Positions 18,666 through 28,854 are shown, counted from the stretch's first letter. The stretch: DNA of 44,190 nt from Pseudomonadota bacterium (GCA_023450535.1 JAEXGX010000224.1:1-44190); one strand, 5' to 3'. Notes: a model not told the origin generated them from the letters alone. Program-made: numbers and translations.

Positions 18666-20087
18666 ATGCGTGATGTTCCTCCCCCAAAAGAAACCTTTCT
18701 CGCCTCGCTTCCCCCAGGCTTCGGCACCTTACTGCTCGGCTTATGGATCTGCAATCTTTTCGCGCCCTTTCTCGTTTCCGGGGTAACGGCCATCTTGCCC
18801 TCCATAGGGGCGGATTTGCGGGCCAGAGCGGTGCACCTTTCTCTGGTCATGGTCGTTTACGCCTTGGGGCAGGTTATTTTCAGCACCATCGGGGGGCGTT
18901 TCGGCAGCCTGTGGGGGCTACGCCGGGTTTTGCTGGCTTCGGTCTGTGTGTTCACCGTCGTTTCCGTGAGCACAGGGTTTGTGCCTGATGTGGATACCCT
19001 GCTGGTATTACGCTTTTTCCAGGGGGCATGCGCGGCGACCATTTCCAGTTGCTGTACGGCCATCGGCATGCGCATGGCCCCGCCCGCACAACGCGGTCAG
19101 GTTATCGGCATCATGACTTCCGCTGTGTATCTGGGGCTTACCTTGGGGCCGCTTATCGGCGGCGGTGTGGCCACGGTTGTGGGCTGGCGCTGGCTCTTTT
19201 TCGGTATTTTGCCCCCCGGCATAGCCGTATGGTGGATCCTGCGGCGTAATATCCGGCAGGAATGGGCGGATGCAGCCGGAGAAAAACTGGACGTGCCGGG
19301 CGTGGTTCTGCTTTCTCTCGGGTTGGGCTGCATTGCCTTCGGCGGCGGCTGTTACGGCGTAGCCCCGGCCATGCTCTGGCTGGTGCTGCCGGGCGCGCTG
19401 TGTATGGGAGTCTTTTTCTGGTGGCAATGGCGTGCGCCCAGCCCGGTGGTGGATTTGCGCATGTTCCGTGAATCTCCGGGGCTGCTGCCGGGCCTGCTGG
19501 CCATGTTCGTGAACTACGGTTCCACTATGGGCATGGTGTTCTTTCTTTCCCTGTATTTGCAGGAAGTGCGGGGCTTCACCCCGTTTCATGCCGGTTTATG
19601 CATGATGGTGCAGAGTTTTGCGCAGGTGCTGGCCTCTCCAAGCGGCGGCAGACTGGCGGATCGCTTCGGGCCGGAGCGTGTGTCGGCGCTGGGTATGCTG
19701 CTGTGCGGCATGGGTATACTCGGCGTGGCCATGCTGGATAAAACAACACCGCTTTTATGGATGGTGGCGTCGCAAATCTTGCTGGGCACGGGTATGGGAA
19801 CCTTTGGCGCACCCAATACTGTGGCCACGCTGGGGCAGGTACCCGCGCGGTATCTTTCTGTGGCATCGGGCATCATGGGCAGTATGCGCACCATGGGAGG
19901 GCTGCTCAGTCAGGTGATTATCGCATTCATGCTGGGCTGGTTTATGGGGGACAGCCCGATTACGCCCGAGCACGCGGACACCTATCTGCTGACCATGCGC
20001 ACGACACTGGTCTGCTTTGGTGCGCTCAATATCTTCGGCCTGTGCATCGGGTTGAAGCGTCTGGCCGGAACGTCTCCCCGCGCGTGA
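18666..20087 (+). CDS. MFS transporter, DHA2 (14-TM) type
   Basis: GPLIGG, WRWLF, GRLADRFG, many hydrophobic segments. Confidence 0.88.
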   Translation: MRDVPPPKETFLASLPPGFGTLLLGLWICNLFAPFLVSGVTAILPSIGADLRARAVHLSLVMVVYALGQVIFSTIGGRFGSLWGLRRVLLASVCVFTVVSVSTGFVPDVDTLLVLRFFQGACAATISSCCTAIGMRMAPPAQRGQVIGIMTSAVYLGLTLGPLIGGGVATVVGWRWLFFGILPPGIAVWWILRRNIRQEWADAAGEKLDVPGVVLLSLGLGCIAFGGGCYGVAPAMLWLVLPGALCMGVFFWWQWRAPSPVVDLRMFRESPGLLPGLLAMFVNYGSTMGMVFFLSLYLQEVRGFTPFHAGLCMMVQSFAQVLASPSGGRLADRFGPERVSALGMLLCGMGILGVAMLDKTTPLLWMVASQILLGTGMGTFGAPNTVATLGQVPARYLSVASGIMGSMRTMGGLLSQVIIAFMLGWFMGDSPITPEHADTYLLTMRTTLVCFGALNIFGLCIGLKRLAGTSPRA

Positions 20088-20102
20088 AAAATTTTAAACG
20101 CT

Positions 20103-20687
20103 CTACCCCCAAAACTGCGCAAACACGCCGTGATCGAACAGGATCCTGAAGCCTATTCCGAGCAGGGCGGCGCCGCCTGCAGCTCCGGCCCAGCAACGCA
20201 CGCAGCCGATCTGGCCAAGACGGGAACCGAGCAGCATTCCGCCCAGACTGATCAGCGTACATACCACGCCGATGATCAGAGCAGGAAATGCGATGGGCAT
20301 ACGCAGTAAAGAGAAGGAAAGCCCCACAGCCAGGGCGTCGATGCTGGTGGCAATCGCCAGAAACAGCAGCGTCATGCCCGTAGTGGGATCTTTCGCCTCG
20401 ACATCTTCATCCTCGCCGGAGAGGGCTTCGCGCAACATGTTGATACCGACGAAGGCCAGCAGGGCGAAAGCGATCCAGTGATCCCACTGTTCAATGAGAT
20501 GGCGCACACTGAGGCCGAGCAGCCAGCCAGCGGCCGGCATAGCGGCCTGAAACAGACCGAAGGTCAGGGGCATGCGCGCCAGCTGGGCAAGCCCTGGCTT
20601 GCCCAGTGTGATGCCCGCAGTAACTGATACGGCGAGTGCATCCATGGCCAGGGCCACGGCCAGGGCGAGAAGTTCGAGAAAGGACAT
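20103..20687 (-). CDS. mntP: Manganese efflux pump MntP family
   Basis: ALAMDALAVS and ATSIDALAVG duplicated motifs, DHWIAF. Start at MSFLEL. Confidence 0.9.
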   Translation of the reverse strand: MSFLELLALAVALAMDALAVSVTAGITLGKPGLAQLARMPLTFGLFQAAMPAAGWLLGLSVRHLIEQWDHWIAFALLAFVGINMLREALSGEDEDVEAKDPTTGMTLLFLAIATSIDALAVGLSFSLLRMPIAFPALIIGVVCTLISLGGMLLGSRLGQIGCVRCWAGAAGGAALLGIGFRILFDHGVFAQFWG

Positions 20688-20966
20688 TGCGAAACAGCTC
20701 CGGATTGGGGGTGTGGATGCCGATTCCTGTACCGGAGGACGGCTCACTGGGCAAGCGCTTGTGACTGCGCCCGAACTATGCTATTTTTTTCAAAACTTGT
20801 TTGTACATCAGCAAATTTAGCATATCTCCGCCGTAGGCGGAGCTTTCATATGGTTGCCCGTTCCGGTGTCCGATCCCGCCGGTCGCGGGCTGTTTGCCGC
20901 ATTTCGCAAAAACGACATTTTCAGCCGCGAGGCTGCCCCTGACGGGGCATATATTAAGGAGTTCCC

Positions 20967-22640
20967 ATGCCGGACAGGCATCTTACCGTCACCCCGCTGG
21001 GGGGGCTTGGAGAAATAGGTCTGAACTGCCAGAAATGGGAGTGCGGACAGGGGGCCGTGCTGGTCGATTGCGGCCTCATGTTCCCCGATGATTCTCAATT
21101 GGGCGTGGATGTGGTCATTCCTCTGTTCAACTCTCTGTTCGCGGAAGGCGAGCGCCCCCTGGGCGTGGTGCTGACCCACGGGCATGAAGATCACATCGGC
21201 GCGCTGCCCTGGATGATATCTCAATACAAGGGCATGCTGTCCACGCCTCTGCCCATATATGGCTCTCCTTTCACTCTGGCTCTGGTGGAGCACAAGCTCA
21301 CCGAGCACGGTCTGCTGGATCGCGTGGTTTTGCGGCCGGTCGGCCCGCATGAACGGGTACGGATCGGCAGTCTGGATTTTTTCTTCAGCCCGGTCTGCCA
21401 CTCTATCCCGCAAGGTTACGCGTTGCTGGTGGACACCCCGGTGGGCAAGGTCATTCACACCGGAGACTTCAAGCTGGACAAGGAACCTTTGGGCGAAGCG
21501 TCCACGTTGTGTGAAGATATTGCCGCCTTTGCCGGGGAAGAGGGCATCCGTCTGCTTTTGGCCGACTCCACCAATGTGGAAGTTGAAGGGCATTCCAAGC
21601 CGGAACGCGAGGTGCGCGACACTCTGCACGAAATTTTTTCAGAGGCGGAAGGGCGCATCTTCATCGCATTGTTCTCCAGCCATATTGATCGCGTGCGCAT
21701 TGTGCTGGAACTTGCGAAAGAGACAGGGCGATCCGTGCTGGTCAGCGGGCGCAGTCTGGCTTCTAACATTGAAAAGGCTGTGAATCTGGGCCTGCTGGAA
21801 AGGCCGGAACGGCTCTATACCGAGCAGGAAGGGCTGTCCGAGGCCGAAGCCTCGCGCACGGTGATTCTCGCCACCGGTACGCAGGGCGAGCCGCTTTCCG
21901 CCATGACCCGCATTGCCAACGGTGAACACCGCCAATTGGCCCTGCACGAAGGGGACACAGTGATCATGTCCTCCCGCGTGATCCCCGGCAACGCTCGCGC
22001 GGTTTCCCGCGTGGTGAACCAGATGTACCGGCAGGGGGCCAAGGTCTATCACGGGTCGTGGCGCACGATTCATGCCACGGGGCATGCCTGCCGGGAAGAA
22101 CTGCGGGCCATTCTCGAACTGGTGCAGCCAGAGTGGTTTATTCCCGTGCATGGGGAATATCGCAATCTTGCCCTGCACGCGCAGCTTGCCCAGGAGTGCG
22201 GGGTTGACCCTGCCCGCGCGCTGGTGCTGGAAGACGGACATCCCTTTACCTTGACCCCGGATGATTTGGTGCTGGAAAAGCCTGTGCCCGTTGAATTTGT
22301 GCTGGTGGACGGCAAGGGCGTGGGCGATGTGGGGCGTCTGGTGCTCAAGGAGCGCCGCATCCTTGGCAGTGAGGGCGTGGTCATTGTGGTTCTGGTCATT
22401 GCCGGAGACACGGGCGAAGTGCTGCACGGGCCGGAAATGATTTCGCGCGGTTTCGTCTTTGAGCAACTGTATGAGCATGTGCTGGAAGATTCCAAATGTC
22501 TGGTGCTGGATCAGCTTGAGGATATGGCTCCACACGAGTACGATCGTCTTCAGGAACGCATACGCTCCAGTATGCGCCGCTTTTTCCGCGACGTGCTGGG
22601 CCGTGATCCGGTAGTGTTGCCGGTGGTTTCCGTGGTCTGA
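20967..22640 (+). CDS. rnj: Ribonuclease J
   Basis: PLGGLGEIGLN, THGHEDHIG, HTGDFK, GTQGEP, PVHGE; AAGGAG RBS. Confidence 0.95.
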   Translation: MPDRHLTVTPLGGLGEIGLNCQKWECGQGAVLVDCGLMFPDDSQLGVDVVIPLFNSLFAEGERPLGVVLTHGHEDHIGALPWMISQYKGMLSTPLPIYGSPFTLALVEHKLTEHGLLDRVVLRPVGPHERVRIGSLDFFFSPVCHSIPQGYALLVDTPVGKVIHTGDFKLDKEPLGEASTLCEDIAAFAGEEGIRLLLADSTNVEVEGHSKPEREVRDTLHEIFSEAEGRIFIALFSSHIDRVRIVLELAKETGRSVLVSGRSLASNIEKAVNLGLLERPERLYTEQEGLSEAEASRTVILATGTQGEPLSAMTRIANGEHRQLALHEGDTVIMSSRVIPGNARAVSRVVNQMYRQGAKVYHGSWRTIHATGHACREELRAILELVQPEWFIPVHGEYRNLALHAQLAQECGVDPARALVLEDGHPFTLTPDDLVLEKPVPVEFVLVDGKGVGDVGRLVLKERRILGSEGVVIVVLVIAGDTGEVLHGPEMISRGFVFEQLYEHVLEDSKCLVLDQLEDMAPHEYDRLQERIRSSMRRFFRDVLGRDPVVLPVVSVV

Positions 22641-22665
22641 GCTTTATAACCCTGGCGGTGCTTTC

Positions 22666-23463
22666 ATGCGCATTCTTCGTGTTCATTACCGGGATTGTTC
22701 CTTTTATGCTGCGCTTGATTCGGGAGAGCAAGGGGCGGAACTGACCTGTCTTCAGCCCGAACTCGGCTTTTCCAGTCCGCTGCCGCTGGCGGAAGTTACT
22801 CTGCTGCCGCTCGTCGCGCCGTCCAAGATTATCTGTGTCGGCCTCAATTTTCGGGCGCATGCATCGGAGTTGTCCATACCTCTGCCGGAACGTCCGGCTT
22901 TTTTTCTTAAGCCGCCCAGCTCGCTGATAGGCAACGGGCAGAGCATTCTCCTGCCCCGTCATGCGGGCCGTATTGATTATGAGGCAGAACTGGCAGTGGT
23001 TATCGGGCTGGGCGGGCGGAGAATTCCTCCCGCGGAAGTGCCTTCGCACATTTTCGGTTATACCTGCGCCAATGATGTTACTGCCCGTGATGAACAGAAG
23101 GGCGAGATTATGTTCGGGCGCTGCAAGGGGTACGATACCTTTTGCTCCGTCGGCCCCTGGCTGGAGACGACGCCGCCCGTTCCCTCCGCCTTCGTGCGTA
23201 CTGTGGTCAACGGGGAGATCCGTCAGGAGGGCCGTCTGAGCGATATGATTCTTTCCCCGGTCGAGCTGGTAAGCCATATTTCGGAGGTGATGACCCTTGC
23301 TCCGGGAGATGTGATCCTGACGGGCACGCCTCCGGGCGTAGGCCCGTTATGCGCGGGTGATGAAGTGCAGATTGAAATTGACGGTGTGGGAATTTTGTCC
23401 AACCCGGTGGGCTGGGATGTCGCAGATATGCCCACAGTGGTGGGCGGAAGGCTGCTTCAATAG
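22666..23463 (+). CDS. Fumarylacetoacetate hydrolase family protein
   Basis: KIICVGLN, FLKPPSS, DYEAEL, NDVTARD, LTGTPPG. Confidence 0.92.
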   Translation: MRILRVHYRDCSFYAALDSGEQGAELTCLQPELGFSSPLPLAEVTLLPLVAPSKIICVGLNFRAHASELSIPLPERPAFFLKPPSSLIGNGQSILLPRHAGRIDYEAELAVVIGLGGRRIPPAEVPSHIFGYTCANDVTARDEQKGEIMFGRCKGYDTFCSVGPWLETTPPVPSAFVRTVVNGEIRQEGRLSDMILSPVELVSHISEVMTLAPGDVILTGTPPGVGPLCAGDEVQIEIDGVGILSNPVGWDVADMPTVVGGRLLQ

Positions 23464-23606
23464 AGCAGGCTCGCTTTCACGTTGTATTCTCCCCTAGTTA
23501 AGGCGGCCCTTCAGCGCTGTATTGATTGTCGTTGTCGGCTGTACCTCAAGTTTTTGCCTTTTGTGCCGAAATATATTTTTGTGAAACTCGTGGAGGCGTT
23601 GTCATT

Positions 23607-24134
23607 ATGACCCAGACCCTTGCTCATCCCGTCCCGGAAGACGTTCAGAATACCGGAAGCGTAACGCATCATGCTCAACACCAGGAAAAGGACGAAAACC
23701 TGATCCAACTGGTCACCTTCCGGCTGGGAGATGAAGAGTTCGGCGTTAAAATCCTGGTAGTGAACGAAATTATCAGACTTGTGCAAATCACTCAGGTGCC
23801 CAACGCGCCGGAATTCATTGAAGGCGTGATCAATCTGCGCGGCAAGGTATTGCCCGTGATGGGGCTGCGCAAGCGCTTCAACATGCCGGAAAAGGCACTG
23901 GACGACCATTCGCGCATCATTGTCATGGAACTGAACCACAATGTGGTGGGTTTTTTGGTGGACGCGGTGTCTGAAGTGCTGCGTATTCCTGAAAGCACGG
24001 TGGAACCCGCTCCGGCCGTGGTGGCGGGCATTGGTTCCGAGTATATCGAGGGCGTGGGCAGGTTGGATGATCGCCTGCTGATCCTGCTTGATCTGGAAGC
24101 GTTACTCAGTAATACCATGAAGGAAGCGCATTAA
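23607..24134 (+). CDS. cheW: Chemotaxis coupling protein CheW
   Basis: QLVTFRLGDEEFG, GVINLRG, GFLVDAV; GGAGG RBS before ATG 23607. Confidence 0.93.
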   Translation: MTQTLAHPVPEDVQNTGSVTHHAQHQEKDENLIQLVTFRLGDEEFGVKILVVNEIIRLVQITQVPNAPEFIEGVINLRGKVLPVMGLRKRFNMPEKALDDHSRIIVMELNHNVVGFLVDAVSEVLRIPESTVEPAPAVVAGIGSEYIEGVGRLDDRLLILLDLEALLSNTMKEAH

Positions 24135-24167
24135 GCACGCCTGAACCTGCTGATTTTTTAATAACTA

Positions 24168-24200
24168 GGGGAGGAAGCTTTCAGCTTCCTCCCCCTTTTT
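24168..24200. terminator. Intrinsic terminator between convergent genes
   Basis: GGGGAGGAAGC-TTTCA-GCTTCCTCCCC followed by a T run. Confidence 0.8.
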
Positions 24201-24228
24201 ATGGTACGGAGCACATGCTCCCGAGTTG

Positions 24229-25701
24229 TTACTTCTTCATGATCAGGCCAGCAGCGGCCTGTTCATTTTCCATGCGCTTGATGATGTCGCGGGTGGCGAA
24301 GGAGCCTACGGTGCCGCAGGCAATATTGGCCAGAAGGTCGATATGGCCGCCGGTGGAGAGCCGGGTAAGGTTGACGCTCTTGTTGCCGTCCGCATCTTCA
24401 AAATGCCAGGCATTAACCTTGGTTCCGTCAAAGTCATCAATCACAATCTTGAAATAGCCGTTGGGACCAACAAACACGTTGTTGGTGCTGTCCAAAACCA
24501 CTTCTTCCTTATTGGTGAGAAGGATTTCGTTCAGCTCTCCGCAAGAGGCTCAGGTGTCGGGGCGGGCCAGGAAACGGGTATCTGACGGCCATTCCTGCGG
24601 ATTCTTGATTTCATAGATGTCGCTGTACATGTCGAGGCTGACCTTGCCGTCCTGTACTGCCCCGCCGGGCTTGAGCATGGCCAGCTGCACGCTGATTTTT
24701 CCGTCTGTGGAGTTGAGCTGCCACTTCGCACGGTCCGGAGCGCTGCTGGGAAGGTAGTCCAATGCGGCGGGGTCGTCCATGCCCTTGAAGGTTTTCTCCG
24801 TAGCCTTGCCGTTTTCTTCTGTGAGGCGCAGGGCCACTTCCTTGGGAGAAACCGCCAGCACATCAACTTTGGCCTTGCCCACCATAACACTGTCGCCCGG
24901 GGCATAGGCGCCGGAAATGCGGGGCGCGGTGCTCAGCCAGATACTGGTGAGGCTGGGCGTGCCAAATTCCTTGATGTAGATTTCGTCCATGCCCGCCTTT
25001 TCAGCGATGAAGTAGGACTGTCCGCTGGGATAGGTGGAGCTGGTGAAATAGGTGTTGTGATAGAGCGGGCCGGTTTCGTCCGCCGGAAGCGGATATCTGC
25101 CTTCAGGCAGGCCCAGCCCATTGTTATACTTGCCGGAAGAGAAATCTTTCAGCGTGGGGCTGATGGCCACGGTGAAGTTGGTGCCGTAATAATTGCCCGA
25201 CGCCTTCATGATGCGCACGGTGTCGGAGTTCGCCACATTGCCGTAGGGGTGCCCCTTGCTGGCCGTAAACTGAAGCAGACGCGAGCCGTCCTCGTGCAGC
25301 TTGAGCGATTCGCCCAGCTTGAGCTTGCGGTCTTTAACGATGATGTACTCATACTGTTCATTGACCACGGGCTGACGCTTGCCGAGCATGACGACATCCA
25401 GCCCTGTCATGGTGCCGATGCTGCCCAGGCGGGAGGTGTAGTACAGCCCCTCCGGCGGGATAATGATTTTGCCGTTGTCGATGTAGCTTTTACGGATTAC
25501 GACGCCTTCATTGATGGTGCGTTTGCCGATGTAAAGATCCAGATCGTAGGATTTGAAGCCGGGGACCTTGGCGATGATCGCCGCAGTTCGCGCCGGAGCC
25601 TCACACAGAGCGGATTCCGCGCCCTGTGCGCCGCAAACCGGAGAAAGGGCTGCAAGGGCCAGCCCTCCCGCCAGTAAACCGAGAACATGGTTCTTCTTCA
25701 T
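24229..25701 (-). CDS. Predicted exported selenoprotein, 490 aa, U384-x-x-C387 motif, family unknown
   Basis: GGAGG RBS and signal peptide. The frame continues past the TGA at 24550-24552 as ...ARPDT-U-ASC-GELNEILLTNKEEVVLDSTNN... into the 90-aa ORF. Confidence 0.8.
24507..24548 (-). promoter_or_regulatory. Candidate bacterial SECIS hairpin
   Basis: CCUCUUGCGGAGAGCUGAACGAAAUCCUUCUCACCAAUAAGG directly after the UGA can fold (CCU/AGG, UUG/CAA, GAGAG/UUCUC, GA/UC) with a G-containing apical loop about 20 nt downstream. Confidence 0.55.
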
Positions 25702-25752
25702 GAAGAAGCCTCCTGTAAAGGGTTTATCCAGAGGCAGAACACCCCCGGAACG

Positions 25753-25768
25753 GTCAATATTCATGCCG
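25753..25768 (-). promoter_or_regulatory. Possible sigma-54 promoter
   Basis: CGGCAT-GAATA-TTGA versus consensus TGGCAC-N5-TTGC, about 50 nt upstream of the start; the -12 C is not matched. Confidence 0.3.
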
Positions 25769-26241
25769 CGCATGGTTTGCCGGAAAGCTTGTCTGCGAAG
25801 ACAATAAAGAATTCATGCGGGCAAGATTTTATGGGCTGTGTGCTTTAAAGCGGGAAGAGAACTCTTGCTTGTGATAATAGTCTCAGTTTCTTCAATTGGT
25901 CAACCATATACTGTCGACAATTTGCGGGCAGGCGAATACCTGTTTGTAATATATCCGGTTTATCGCCATGTACGGGATCTGCCGATACCATCCGGGCAAC
26001 ACGGCATGGAGTCAATGATAGATGGGGGGAAGAAATAAATTGATATCCTATTTCAATAACGGGCTGATGGAAAATACTCTTTAATGGGTTTCACCGCATA
26101 TCAAAAATCTTTTCAACCGCAACCGAGGATGAGTAAGATGCGGTGATTGTTATGCTTAAAAAGTATAATAATCCATTCAATATAAGTATTTGCTATTTTA
26201 TTGAGGTTTTCTTTATACAAGAGGTACAGGAGAACGCAATA

Positions 26242-26481
26242 ATGCATGATGAACGGAAAAAAGATGATGTGGTGATTTGTAATCTGCATGATGCCGGATG
26301 TTCGCAAGCATTCATCGAGCATTTCATGATCTGTTACCGGAGCAATAACCTGTTTGAACAGTTATCTCTTCTGGAAAAACAAAGAACTATCCTTCTTGAT
26401 GGTATTCATAGAAATCAAGATAAACTTGATTGCCTTGATTACCTGTTGTTTCAGATAAAGAAAGACATGAGCCGTGCTTGA
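26242..26481 (+). CDS. Small hypothetical protein (NLxDAGC...LDCLDYL type), 79 aa
   Basis: AGGAG RBS, AT-rich; resembles a small conserved Clostridia-type hypothetical protein (from recall). Confidence 0.7.
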   Translation: MHDERKKDDVVICNLHDAGCSQAFIEHFMICYRSNNLFEQLSLLEKQRTILLDGIHRNQDKLDCLDYLLFQIKKDMSRA

Positions 26482-26538
26482 TACGTCTGGCGCATTCTGC
26501 ATTCCGTTCAGAATTGAACCCCTAAAGGAGATCCCATC

Positions 26539-27579
26539 ATGCGTATGGTAAAACAGTTTGGCCTGAGTGCCGCCGTTGTCGGCATGATGTCCGCTGCCGC
26601 GTTTGCACAGGACATGCCCGCCGATGCTGGCAATTTCTACAAAAGTGAAAACGTCGCCATGCAGGCGGTCACGTTCAAAAACCAGTACAGGATGGATATC
26701 GCCGGAAATCTGTTTCTGCCGAACAATCTGAACCGGAACGAAAAACATGCCGCGATTATCGTAGGGCATCCCATGGGTGCGGTGAAGGAACAAAGCGCGA
26801 ACCTGTATGCTGTAAAAATGGCCGAACAGGGCTTTGTCACCCTTTCCGTGGATTTGGCGTTCTGGGGTGGCAGTGCCGGGGAACCCCGCAACGCCGTTTC
26901 GCCGGACATGTATGCCGAAACATTCAGTGCGGCTGTGGATTTTCTTGGCACCCAGCCCTTTGTGGACAGGGCGCGGATCGGGGTCATCGGGATATGCGGC
27001 AGTGGAAGCTTCGCGATCAGCGCGGCCAAGATTGACCCTCGCCTGAAGGCTCTTGCCACGGTCAGCATGTATGACATGGGCGCGGCCAACCGCAACGGCC
27101 TGCGGCATGGTCTGAGCCTGGAGCAGAGAAAGGATATCATCAGGGAAGCAGCCGAACAGCGCTATGTGGAATTCACAGGCGGGGAAACAAAATATACCAG
27201 TGGCACGGTGCATGAATTGACGGAAAATTCCACGCCCATTGAGCGTGAATTTTATGAATTCTACCGTACGCCGCGCGGCGAGGTCACACCGGAAGGAGCA
27301 TCCCCGCAAACCACGACGCACCCGACCCTGAGCAGTAACGTGAAGTTCATGAACTTCTATCCGTTCAACGACATTGAAACCATTTCCCCTCGCCCCATGC
27401 TGTTTGTCGCCGGAGAAAACGCACACTCCATTGAGTTCAGTGAAGACGCCTACAGGCTCGCGGCGGAACCGAAGGAATTGTATATCGTGCCCGGCGCGGG
27501 ACATGTGGACCTGTACGACCGCGTAAACCTCATTCCCTTTGCAAAACTAGCTGATTTCTTTACGAAAAATCTGAAGTAG
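26539..27579 (+). CDS. Exported alpha/beta hydrolase (YcjY-like)
   Basis: Signal peptide AFA, HPMGAVKEQ, GICGSG nucleophile elbow, GAGHVDLYD. Confidence 0.9.
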   Translation: MRMVKQFGLSAAVVGMMSAAAFAQDMPADAGNFYKSENVAMQAVTFKNQYRMDIAGNLFLPNNLNRNEKHAAIIVGHPMGAVKEQSANLYAVKMAEQGFVTLSVDLAFWGGSAGEPRNAVSPDMYAETFSAAVDFLGTQPFVDRARIGVIGICGSGSFAISAAKIDPRLKALATVSMYDMGAANRNGLRHGLSLEQRKDIIREAAEQRYVEFTGGETKYTSGTVHELTENSTPIEREFYEFYRTPRGEVTPEGASPQTTTHPTLSSNVKFMNFYPFNDIETISPRPMLFVAGENAHSIEFSEDAYRLAAEPKELYIVPGAGHVDLYDRVNLIPFAKLADFFTKNLK

Positions 27580-27627
27580 AACACGCTGAAACCTCAACCT
27601 GCTCCGGCGGGCCTCCTCTCCCTGATT

Positions 27628-28854
27628 ATGGAGGCCCGCTGTTCTGTCACGGAACGTATGAACGCACAAACCTTTGTTTTTCAGGCAGGCAGCCCGCGCT
27701 GGTCGGCGGTATTTTCCCTGTTTATGGGGGTGACGGCTCTGATTTCAGCCGAATTCATTCCGGTGAGCCTGCTGACACCCATTGCCCGCGAGCTCGCCGT
27801 GTCTGAAGGCGCGGCCGGGCAGACCGTCACGGCCGTCGGCATTTTTGCTGTATTGTCCAGCCTTCTGCTGGCCCCGCTGACCGGCGGAATCGATCGAAGA
27901 CGCGTCCTGCTGACGCTTTCAGCCCTGCTTGTCGCATCATACCTCTTGATCGGTGCGGCCCCGAACTATGCCTTCATGCTTGCAGGGCGCGCGCTGCTCG
28001 GCGTTTGCGTGGGCGGGTTCTGGTCCCTCGCTTCCGCCGTCACGCTGCAACTTGTTCCTACAAAAGACGTTCCGCGCGCCCTGAGCATCGTTTATGCCGG
28101 GGTTTCCGTGGCAACCATCATTTCCCTGCCCGTAGCCAGTTGGATCGGCGAACTGATCGGATGGAGAAATGTTTTCTTTCTCGGAGCACTTATGGGAACA
28201 GTCGGCTTTATCTGGCAATACCGAGCTCTTCCTGTTCTGCCCGCGCGGCCCGGCAATGGATTCAGGGAGATGTTCTCCCTGCTCGGACGCAAATGGGTTC
28301 TGGCCGGAATAGGCGGGAATATTCTGAGCTTTGGCGGGTATCATGTCTTTTTCACCTATTTGCGGCCCTTTCTTGAACTGGATCTGGCCCGAGGAACGGA
28401 TGATCTGTCGCTGATTCTGCTTGTGTTCGGGATCGTAAACGTGCTTGGCACCTTCATCGCGGGAGCCATTCTTGGAAGATACTTCAGGACAGCCATGATC
28501 ACGGTTCACCTTGCATTCATGACTGCGGCCATGGCACTGCTCCTCTGCCGGGAATATGTGAATGTGAGTATAGCGCTGGCGGTATTCTGGGGTTTTGCCT
28601 TCGGCTTCACTCCGGTGGGCTGGTCCACCTGGATTGCCCGCACTCTTGCCGACAAGGCAGAGCTGGCCGGAGGACTTACCGTTGCGGCTACGCAGTTCGC
28701 CATTGGCCTTGCCGCTGCCGTAGGCGGTTTTACCTACGACAACCAGGGCATCAGTGGTATCTTTCTGGCCGCAGCGGGGATCAATGTTCTGGCGGCGCTG
28801 CTGATTGCAGTCAGTTTTTCCCTTTTTGCCAAGGCGGCCGGCCGCAAGGCCTGA
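27628..28854 (+). CDS. MFS transporter, DHA1 (NepI-like)
   Basis: SAEFIPVSLLTPIA, DRR, GGFWS, GWR. Start could be 27658. Confidence 0.88.
   Translation: MEARCSVTERMNAQTFVFQAGSPRWSAVFSLFMGVTALISAEFIPVSLLTPIARELAVSEGAAGQTVTAVGIFAVLSSLLLAPLTGGIDRRRVLLTLSALLVASYLLIGAAPNYAFMLAGRALLGVCVGGFWSLASAVTLQLVPTKDVPRALSIVYAGVSVATIISLPVASWIGELIGWRNVFFLGALMGTVGFIWQYRALPVLPARPGNGFREMFSLLGRKWVLAGIGGNILSFGGYHVFFTYLRPFLELDLARGTDDLSLILLVFGIVNVLGTFIAGAILGRYFRTAMITVHLAFMTAAMALLLCREYVNVSIALAVFWGFAFGFTPVGWSTWIARTLADKAELAGGLTVAATQFAIGLAAAVGGFTYDNQGISGIFLAAAGINVLAALLIAVSFSLFAKAAGRKA

Noticed and set aside
20690..20960. yybP-ykoY manganese riboswitch upstream of mntP
   Set aside because: Expected from context, but I could not find the GGGGAGUA / CAAGACC-type conserved segments on the minus strand.
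24550..25400. Archaeal S-layer-like repeats in the selenoprotein
   Set aside because: Only a vague impression from beta-rich segments (LKLGESL, YAPGDSV); cannot be supported without a profile search.
24229..25701. Pseudogene with a nonsense mutation, or two separate genes
   Set aside because: Less likely than Sec because the only interruption is a TGA placed exactly in a UxxC motif with no other decay. Not fully excluded.
25850..26010. Remnant of a LysR gene on the minus strand
   Set aside because: Faint resemblance needing several frameshifts; insufficient evidence.
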